Below are positions 54,398 to 64,000 of a stretch of 64,000 nt of DNA, piece after piece. The translations under genes were made by a program, and so were the position numbers. The notes under the pieces were generated by a model. That model ran no database searches, was not told where the DNA came from, and saw only the letters and a program-made list of their open reading frames with translations. The DNA comes from the human T2T-CHM13v2.0 reference genome, Homo sapiens, in the NCBI RefSeq assembly GCF_009914755.1, contig NC_060936.1. The stretch is one strand, 5' to 3'. The stretch's first letter is position 1. Each line of letters opens with the position of its first letter.

Positions 54398-56729
54398 TTA
54401 GGCTACTTTTGTATTAACATCCAATAAAACATATTTTCCAAAGCCAGTTTTACTGGAATTTCTGGCTTAATCTCCTCCTAGGCTTTTATACAATAGACAA
54501 ATAGTCATATTCTTCTTCATATTTTGTTTTGTATTCTGTTTTACTCTAAGAAATAAAGGCAGAAAGTGACTTGAGATGCCTTAACAGAGATTAACTTAGC
54601 ACAAAATATAATCTATATTTCCTATTATCAGGTTGGTATTTTGAACATTCTGCTTAATTTTTTCAAATGGTATAAGAAGTAAGAAATGACTTGGAGCGGG
54701 GGATATATGAACTATTTCTAGTGGCATTTAACCTATTCCTTTTTTTCCTTGATCACCACCGCCAACAACAAAAAGTAAAACTACCTACAAAAACCAAATT
54801 CTAATTGTGTTATAGACAAAAATGTCTTAACAGTGCTGTGTCAGCTGAGTGGCTACTCCATGTTGTGAAGGACAGATACGTAGAAATCCTGAAATACGTA
54901 AAGAATTGGCATACTTGCACTTATCTCCATTGAGTGGAGCACACTATCAGAGACAAGATTCTTTTTTTGAAGGAGAGTTTTATCATGCTAGAAACAGCTG
55001 GTTTGACAGATTGTTCTTGTTTGTCCCCAGCTTAGATTCTGTTGAACACTCCAGCATATATTTGGTATGCTATTTAGGCAACACATGACATTTCCAGTAG
55101 CTCTTAAAAGGTCAGTATGACAGATGCCTGGGTGTAATATTCTCCCTGGAAATATTTATACAGTGATCTACATTTATTTCTTTTTCAAACCTATATTTTT
55201 CAAAGTTCTTTATTTTCAGGGATTTGTTAAAAATTTGGTTTTAGAAGACCCAAGTTCTAGTTCTGACTTTCCTAACTCTTGGATATGACATATAACACTG
55301 TGTGCAATGAAATAATATTAAGGTATACTACATAATACAGCCATGTATACTAATGTATACTTCATATGGATTAATAACATGAAAATACTTTGCAACTCTA
55401 AAGTTTCATATGAATACTAGTTATTTTAGTTACAGGTATTGTGTATGCTTATTTATTATATGAATCATCACACATACAAATATCCCATAATTAAAAAAAT
55501 GAATATTATAAATCACATCTAACAGATAACCTGGTTTCCTGGTTTTCTCATATGTCAGCTCCGCAGTCATCTCAAATTAAACATTATATAAGCAATACAT
55601 TCAGCATCTCTTTTTATACGAAAAGACAATATTCTAAGAATTATTGTACAAAATACATTTATCTAGGTATTTAATGAGATAGGAGAGAATTTAACACAGC
55701 ATATCTCAGAGGAAAAAACTTCATAAATGCCATTTAACATGGTCCTATTCCCAAATCTGCTAACTTGAGAAACTGGGGTGGGGGCTGTTGGGATTGGTTG
55801 TCAACCTTACCCTCGATCAGTCTTCTGTTTCCCCATCTTTCCTTTATTTTTTGCTAGATCCCTCCTACTTCTCCCTACTTTTCTATACTTCCTCACATAA
55901 AGCATATTAGTTCTACTCTAGTTATTCCAAAAACAAGTCATATGTACTGCCACAATTTCTAAAGCATGGCTCTTCTAGTAATTATTTGCTAGGGTCAACC
56001 TTTCTACGAAATGGTAGATTACTTTTAATAATTGTGTTCCCAGTTTAATAGGGTGGCTAATGAAAACATTGTCATGTGGGAAAAATGTCATCAATGTTTA
56101 ACCTATTCTGTCCAGCTACTAGAATTAACTTCACAGATAGTCTGACATAATTTGACATGAATAATGTTTGATTAAACAGAAATAGAATTACTTAAATAGT
56201 GTCTTTTTCTTAAAAGTAGCTTTGTTCTAACACTATTATACAGAGTTTAAACTATGATTAATTAAAGAATTTTGGGTGTTTTCATTGATATAACTGGGAA
56301 ATTGCTTCTTAAATTTTCAGTGACTCTCTAAGAAGTGACAGTATTGTGTCCATCTCTAATCAATTTAGATAAGCTCTCATAGTCATTTGAAAATTAATTT
56401 TACACTTTCATATAATGTTGTTTACCTCTTTTACCTCTTTCATCTTTCAAGGGCATGTGTAAATAATTATGCTTCTCTTAACCAATCTAACTGTAAATTA
56501 GTCATTGTATTTTCATACTTTAAATTTACAAGTTACATAGAATAAATTTGTGAACTTGGGTATCCAAGGGGTTGAAGAAACACAGACACATTTGAAAGTG
56601 TTTGACTTCTGCATCTTAGGTATATTTTCCAGAAATTTGTTTTTCACTTAAGATGCATATTTATTTTCACAGTAGAATTTGTTTGTTAAAACGTTCTAGC
56701 ATATTTTGGTAAATGCTCTCTTTTTCCTT

Positions 56730-56817
56730 CATTTTTAGGATGTTTCTACAGGTTCGTACTTACATTGCTAAAACATTTTTAGGACATTTCTACAGGTTCG
56801 TACTTATATTGCTAAAA
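56730..56817. repeat. 44-bp tandem duplication
   Basis: CATTTTTAGGA(TG/CA)TTTCTACAGGTTCGTACTTA(C/T)ATTGCTAAAA x2. Confidence 0.95.
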
Positions 56818-57134
56818 CTTTGTGCTTTTGAGCTTCAACTGAATATGTCAACTGGCTAAATAATGATAAATATTTATATCCCAAGAAGATTAGAAATACC
56901 TGAAATGAGTGTTCTTATCTAGTAGACAAATACATTTTTAAAACATATCTTCAGAATTCAAATAATATGTAAATCTGGTAAATATTTGTTCAAACAAAAC
57001 TAGGATGGCTCTAAAAGTTTTTGGAAAATAAAATTGTGGTGTTCATGTCCATCAGGGAAGAAGATTGTGATATTCATACAAATGTACCCCAGAGAATCTC
57101 TAGGTATAGATAACATAAAAACACATCAGAGCTT

Positions 57135-57570
57135 TTGTATTATTGTCTTCAATAATCTACTCCTTTCTCCTCTACGAGCACTGTACATCTCAATTCCTGC
57201 CAGGTATTCTTGTAGGTGCAGGATCATCTCTCTCCCTATTTTCAGGCTCAGCCTTGTGACTTCCTTTGACCAGGAGAATGTGAGCCTCTATGATGTACAT
57301 CATGTGTTACTACAAGTTTTAGATACATTTGGGTGGCTCAGTCAGTCTTGTTCCTGTCTTCTTCCTGAGAACACTGGCTCTAGTTCAGAGCTATTCGTGG
57401 GTCATGGAGTAGGCTCACTTGAGGAGAAGAGTTGAGCTGGATAGAGCTGAGCTGAGGCAGAACAGAGCACCAGTTGACATGCAGACATTTGAATGAGAAA
57501 TAATATTTTGTTGTTGAAATGCACTGAAATTTGGGGATTGCTTTTTGCCACATCAAAAGCTGACAAATAC
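57135..57570 (+). mobile_element. MLT1H/I/J-type LTR
   Basis: GCCTTGTGACTTCCTTTGACCA...GCACTGAAATTTGGGGATTG...AGCTGACAAATACA. Confidence 0.7.
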
Positions 57571-58829
57571 AGCCTTCCCACAGCTATGTCATAAAGGCAA
57601 AATAAAGCAAACAAATGAATAACAGTAATATTTGTGGCTATCTATTGACTTATCTTACTCCATGTCAGTCATTCATTCCTTTTTTCGTGCAATATTTGTC
57701 ACTCTATGAGCAAAGAACTACCATTTGCAACTGGGAATGAAAAAATGAACAAAGAACACTCCACACAAAACTCTCGACTTATGAAATCTACTGTCAATCA
57801 GAGCAGTGCATGTTGCTTTGAAAATTATATTCCCCACAGTATCTTAATACTGTATACTCTATTATGATATCAATAGGTAAATTAAAATTTTATGTCTATT
57901 TTCCTCAACCTCGGAATCAATAAGTATGTTAAAAATCACTTTTCCAAATTTTGTACTGTATGCTCACTTTTAACAAAGGAAATGGCAACATATAGTAAAT
58001 ACTGGAACTGTCTGTCAACATTATTATATCTGTGTCTCTATTTTTACCATACACATCTAGGGATATTTTCTCTCTCCAGAAGAGTATATTCTGCAACATT
58101 TTCTTTAAAAGTCCTCACCATTGAGAGGAAGAATTTCAGGAACTCCAGGACATTTTATGATATCAGCCTGCATTATCTTAGGAGTTCATTTCCTGCCCCA
58201 CCCATACTTTACATCTGGGTGTCATCTTTCTATTTAAGGCAGAGATCTTACTTGTACAGAAGGAATGATTTTTACATCTCTAAATTGAATATGTATTAAA
58301 TGTAATGTTTTCTTTCTTTTCTTGTTTCTCTCCTTCCTTCTTTCTCTTTCTTCTATTTTTTGAATAAAATTATATTTCTGGCTCACATTTGTCCAGGCTG
58401 CAAACAAAAATTAACCTCCTCTTTCTGAATTGAACATTATTTGCTGTGAAAGTTTTGAGAGGCTGAGAGCACAAGGATGGTAGGAATAAATCTGATCATT
58501 GAGTCATCTTTCAACACAGGCATCAGTGAGATATGCTTGAACTCTCTGTCATCGTGGCATCTGTAGATTTGGTGATTCTCTTTTATGCATACGTGCCTTG
58601 AATGTTCATGGGAGTGGAGAAATGGAAATGCATTCTTGAAAAAGACTTATGGTTGGGACATAGGGAACTTTGTTAAACTATAAACACATCTGCTGGATTT
58701 ACCATGTGTCATTCCAAACCTTTCAGTGAAAAACAAAAAACAAAACCAAACAACAAACAATCAAAACCCAACTAGAAAAACAACAAGTTCAAAAGTTTTC
58801 TTGAACCCACTAGAGTGTTGACTGATATA

Positions 58830-60140
58830 CCTGGACAAGACATAGCCAGCCACCAAAAATGTAAGTTTAATAGGATTATTGGCAGATTGGTGAAGCCCGG
58901 GCAAATGCAAAGGTGAAGGCTTCGTGGACCTCAAAAACAGTATGGAGTCTTCACTTTTTTATTTCACCTGAAAAGAGTTTCAGACCTTTTTACTCCACAA
59001 TTCCAACTGGAAACTATTGAGAAGAGACAGAGAAAGTCTCGCTTGTATTGTAGAATAAGAGAAAGAGAGGAACAACACAGTGGCAAACAAAATTTCAAAA
59101 TCCATGGTGCCCTTTTCCCTTATTTCCTCAATAGAAAACAAACAATTTATGGGGAAAAAAATGGGCAAAAAACTAATTGCAGTCAGGAGAAAGGATGAAT
59201 AAAGAAAGATTTCAAATGGGCGGAGAGGGTTAGGAATATGTGCTGACTTCAGAAATCATGTGTTAGAAAACAATGAAATGCTAAATTTCTGAAAGAAATC
59301 AACCCAGAAAGCTATGACCGAAGATAAAGCTTTTGAAAAAAAAAAAAGAAAGAAAGAAATACATTCTGTAGATTAATAATATCTGTGGGAAGAAATGTTA
59401 TAGGAATTTCTTTAGAAAGGAGACATATAGGCCGGGCCTGGTGGTTTATGCCTGTAATCTCAGCACTTTGGGATAACGACGCGGGAAGATCACGAGGTCA
59501 AGAGTTTGAGACTAGCCTGGCCAACATGGTGAAACCTCATCTGTACTAAAAATAAAAAAAATTAGCTGGGCATGGTGGCACATGCTTGTAGTGCCAGCTA
59601 CTCAGGAGGCAGAGGCAGGAGGATTGCCTGAACCTGGGAGGCAGAGGTTGCAGAGCCAAGATCATGCCACAGCTCTCCAGCCTAGGTGACAGGTGAAACT
59701 CTGTCTCAAAAAAAAAAAAAAAAAAAAAAAGGAGAAGATATATAACATCAGACAATTATTTGGATACACACAAAGAAATGAAAAACAATGAAAATTACAT
59801 AAATGTAAATCTTTTTAAAAATAATTTTTGATTAGTTTAGAAGACAATTAAGACAGCAAAAACAGGAGCAATATGTTATATGTTTATAACATATGAAAAG
59901 TTATGTGTATAACAATAATAATGCAAATGAGAGAAAGGGATTTAAAAGTATTCTGTTGTAAGGATCTTATACTACATGTAAAGTAATACAAGATTATTTG
60001 AAAATAGATTCTGATTAAATATTACAATCCAAACCTCAGAGCAGCCTACCAAAAATAATGTATAAAATAATGTATAAATAGTAAGTATTAATAATAGAGG
60101 AAACAAAATCATAAAGAAAGCTGATTTCAAACCAGAGAAG
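58830..60140 (+). mobile_element. Old L1M ORF1/inter-ORF fragment, interrupted by an Alu
   Basis: A-rich L1-like sequence: TCAACCCAGAA...GAAGATAAAG; TTCTGTTGTAAGGATCTTATAC. Confidence 0.5.
59430..59730 (+). mobile_element. AluSg/Sc-like
   Basis: GATCACGAGGTCAAGAGTTTGAGAC; long A-tail; TSD-like AAAGGAGACATATA / AAAGGAGAAGATATA. Confidence 0.92.
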
Positions 60141-60169
60141 GCCAAATAATGCCCCATGAAAATGTATGT

Positions 60170-60595
60170 TTTTTTCCAGACTGGCTGGTATGAATGCTAA
60201 GAGCTATTCTGTAATCCTTTCAAATATGTTTTTTTCATCTATGGATATGTTACTCATATGCATGTTCTTACTAACACTGTGCTAAATTCTCCAGGAACAC
60301 CACCTTCAGATCTCTGACCTCTCTGTTACCTGTCTAGTCTCCAGTATTCTATATTGTGAAATCCAGCCTTATACTCTCCACGTCGTTAGCTCCCTTTCCT
60401 CAACTCAGTGAGTTCCCTCATTATTTGCAGTAGAGTGAAAATTCTCTTAAGGCAATAAACTGAGACAATTTTAGTGCTCATGATTTGTTTCTCATTTCCT
60501 AGAGATAATAATTCTTTCTTGTCTAATGTCGAGTGTCTTGAAATCTGTTGTCTCACATATTTTAAAATAATTTTTGGTTGTTTTAGTCAGGAATT
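60170..60595 (-). mobile_element. Old L1M 5' UTR-like fragment
   Basis: GTGTCTTGAAATCTGTTGTCTCACATATTTT...TTTTTGGTTGTTT resembles the antisense L1M 5' end. Confidence 0.45.
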
Positions 60596-60604
60596 AATAC
60601 CTAC

Positions 60605-61370
<766 letters not shown>

Positions 61371-61384
61371 CTATAATTATTTTA

Positions 61385-62318
61385 TCCTTTTACGACTTTA
61401 TTTTTTAGAGCAATTATACGTTTCCAGCCAAATTCAGAGTAAGGTACAGAGATTTTTCATATACCCTCTGCCCCACACTTTAATAGCCTCCTTCATTATC
61501 AACATCCTCTAATAGGGTGGTACATTTTTTACAATTGATGAACCTACATTGACACATTATAATCACTCGAAGTCCATAGTTTACATTAGTTTTTTACTCT
61601 TGGTGTTGTACATTCTATGGGCTTGGATACTGTATAATGACATGTATTCATCATTACAGTATCATACAGAGTAGTGTATTTCCATAGCCCTAAAGGTTCT
61701 CCTTGTTCTGCCTCTCATCCACCCCCTCCCCCCTCAACCCTTTGCAACCATGACATTCCTACTATTTCCATTGTTTTGCCTTCTCCAGAATGTAATATGG
61801 TTGGAATCATATAATGTATCATATAATGTATACTTTTCAGATTGTTTATTTCATTTAGTTATATGCATTTAAGTTTCTTCCATACCTTTTTATGGCTTGA
61901 TAGCTTGTTTCTTTTTTTTCACTGAATAGTATTTCATTTTCTGGATGCAGAAAAGTTTATTTATTTATTCACCTACTGAAATTATATCTTGGTTGCTTCT
62001 AAGTTTTTGCAATTATGAACAAAAGCTTCTAGAAGCATCCATGTACAGGTTTTTCTGTAGACAAAAGTTTTCATGTCTTTTGAGTAAATACTAAGGAGCA
62101 CAATTACTGGATCATATGGTAAGACTATGTTTAGTTTTATAAGAAGTCATCAAGCTGTCTTTCAAAGTGGCTATACCATTTTGCATTACCATCAGCAGTG
62201 AATGATGGTTCCTCTTGCTCTACATTTTTGTCAGTATTTCGTGTTGTCATCATCCCAGATTTGGGACATTCTAATAGGTGTGTAGTGTTATCTTCTGTTG
62301 TTGTAATTTGCAATTTTG
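61385..62318 (-). mobile_element. L1MC1/2-like 3' portion
   Basis: GACTTTATTTTTTAGAGCA...AAGGTACAGAGATTT, TGGTACATTTTTTACAATTGATGAACCTACATTGACAC. Confidence 0.88.
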
Positions 62319-62319
62319 A

Positions 62320-62862
62320 AAGATGACTGAATAAAGAAATAGTGGTATATATTTGCAATGGAATCTTACTCAGCTTTAGCAACCAAGGAGATCCTGCCAT
62401 TTGTGACAACGTGGATGAACCTGGAGGACGTGCTAAGTGAAATAAGCTAGGTACAGAAAGAAAAATCTGGTAAGATTTCTTTTACATGTGGAATCTTAAA
62501 AAAAAAAGAAGCTGAATACATGGAAACAGAGACTACTAGAAGGGTAGTTATGTGTCAGCAGGGCAGGAGAAAACTGTGAAGGTGGCGATGGGTAAAGGTT
62601 GGGGAGATATAGGTCAAATGATATGAAGTTGCAGTTATGTAGGATGAATAAATCTTGTGATCTCAAGTACATCATGAGTACTATAGTTAATATTTTACTA
62701 TACAATGGAAATTGTCCAATAACGCATACGTTAGGTGTTCTTACCACATGCAGTAAAAGATAACTGAGATTACGAATGTATTAATTGGCTTGATTGTAGT
62801 AACCATTTTACTATGTATATGTAAACAACATACACCTTAAATATATAAAATTTTTAAAAATA
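62320..62862 (+). mobile_element. L1MA (7-9-like) 3' end
   Basis: ATCCTGCCATTTGTGACAACGTGGATGAACCTGGAGGAC...CACCTTAAATATATAAAATTTTT. Confidence 0.8.
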
Positions 62863-62864
62863 AT

Positions 62865-62992
62865 GTGTTAAAAAATGGGACAAAGACATTAATAGACACC
62901 TCTAAACACCAAAAATGATATACAAATTGCAAATAAGCATATAAAAAGATGTTTCACATCATATGTAGTCAGATAAATACAAATGAAAACAA
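62865..62992 (+). mobile_element. L1 ORF2 fragment, probably the inverted 5' part of the L1MC at 61385-62318
   Basis: AAAAAATGGGACAAAGAC...GCAAATAAGCATATAAAAAGATG...CATATGTAGTCAG. Confidence 0.65.
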
Positions 62993-63161
62993 TTATTTTA
63001 AAATTAAAAACAAATAGAAACTATCTTTCAACATACCATAGCCATAGATTTTCAGGCTGGTAAATCTTATAAAAAGAAAGTGTTGACATTACACTAGGAA
63101 ATTGCAGAAGATGATGCAATTCTTAGGGAACTGATCAGATCAAAAGTTAAGAGGTGTCAAT

Positions 63162-63487
63162 CTGGGCTGGCATGGTGGCTCACACTTGTAATCCCAGCAT
63201 GTTGGGAGTCCGAGGTGAGTGAAGTGCTTGAGTCTGGGAGTTTGAGACCAGCCTGGGCAACATGACGAAACCCTATGTCTACTAAAAATACAAAAAAATT
63301 AGCTGAGTGTGGTGGTGTGTACCTGTAGTCCCACGTAGTCCTGGCTACTTGGGAGGCTGAGGTGGGAGGATGACTGAGTCCAGAAAGGTTGAGGCTGCAA
63401 TAAGCTGAAATTGCACCACAGTACTCCAACCTGGGCAATAGGAGTGAGATCCAGTATCAAAAAAAAAAAAAAAAAAAGAAAGAAAGA
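63162..63487 (+). mobile_element. AluJb-like
   Basis: GCTTGAGTCTGGGAGTTTGAGACCAGCCTGGGCAAC; TSD AAGA(GG/CA)TGTCAAT (63149-63161 / 63488-63500). Confidence 0.92.
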
Positions 63488-63493
63488 AAGACA

Positions 63494-63741
63494 TGTCAAT
63501 TTATTTGTGCTACTCTAACAGAATACCACATTTATAATTTATAAATGATACAAATTTAGTTTTCACAATTCTGGAGGCTGAGAAATCCAAGATCAGGGTA
63601 CAAGTAGTTTCAGTGTTTGCTAAGGGCTGGCTATACCCTCATGATTTCATCACCTCCTAAAAAATTCCTTCTGTTTATACTATTACATTGGCAATTACGT
63701 TTCAAAATGCTAATTTTGGGGGACACATTCAGACCACAGCA
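63494..63741 (-). mobile_element. Internally deleted MST/MLT1A-type MaLR LTR
   Basis: CACAATTCTGGAGGCTGAGAAATCCAAGATCA...TTTTGGGGGACACATTCAGACCACAGCA. Confidence 0.8.
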
Positions 63742-64000
63742 AGAGGTAAAAGTTATATTACTCTTAGAGACAGTAATTTACATGCAGCCACTATTTCTGA
63801 AAAAAATGTAATAGAAACTTGAACTTCATTCTTCAAAATTATTACAACTAGTCTACGTATTGCTAAGAAAATATTGAGAAATGTAATATCAATATTATTT
63901 GGAACTATCTGGTTGTGTCTTGCTTTGTTGATTTTATTAGTTTCCTTTTCTCATTCTGAACTAGTCCATACTTGATAAAGTCACATTTTGTTTTCTGTGA

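Noticed and set aside
57892-58299. 135-aa ATG ORF in unique sequence
   Set aside because: Composition reflects AT-rich DNA (L/F/Y/S/I-rich); no domain, promoter or splice context.

Overview
AT-rich, CpG-depleted primate (most likely human) intergenic or deep-intronic DNA. I find no credible host protein-coding gene; the supplied ORFs are chance, Alu/L1-derived or dead retroviral fragments. The window is a layered mosaic of retroelements: a THE1 end; a ~6.9 kb decayed ERV1 (MER50-like) provirus with gag/pro/RT remnants and only one LTR; five more MER4-group LTRs; several MaLR/ERVL LTRs; about ten Alus, including one very young AluY (Yh-like); many L1, L2 and MIR pieces; and a retroposed Y1 RNA pseudogene. 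The most unusual structures are a provirus ordered internal-PPT-LTR-PBS with no 5' LTR, an apparent twin-priming inversion in an old L1MC, a ~45 bp L1 stub without TSD, and a hairpin-rich templated-insertion scar. Subfamily names come from recalled consensus sequences, not a search, and old-repeat boundaries are approximate. I see no evidence for a new multi-gene system.
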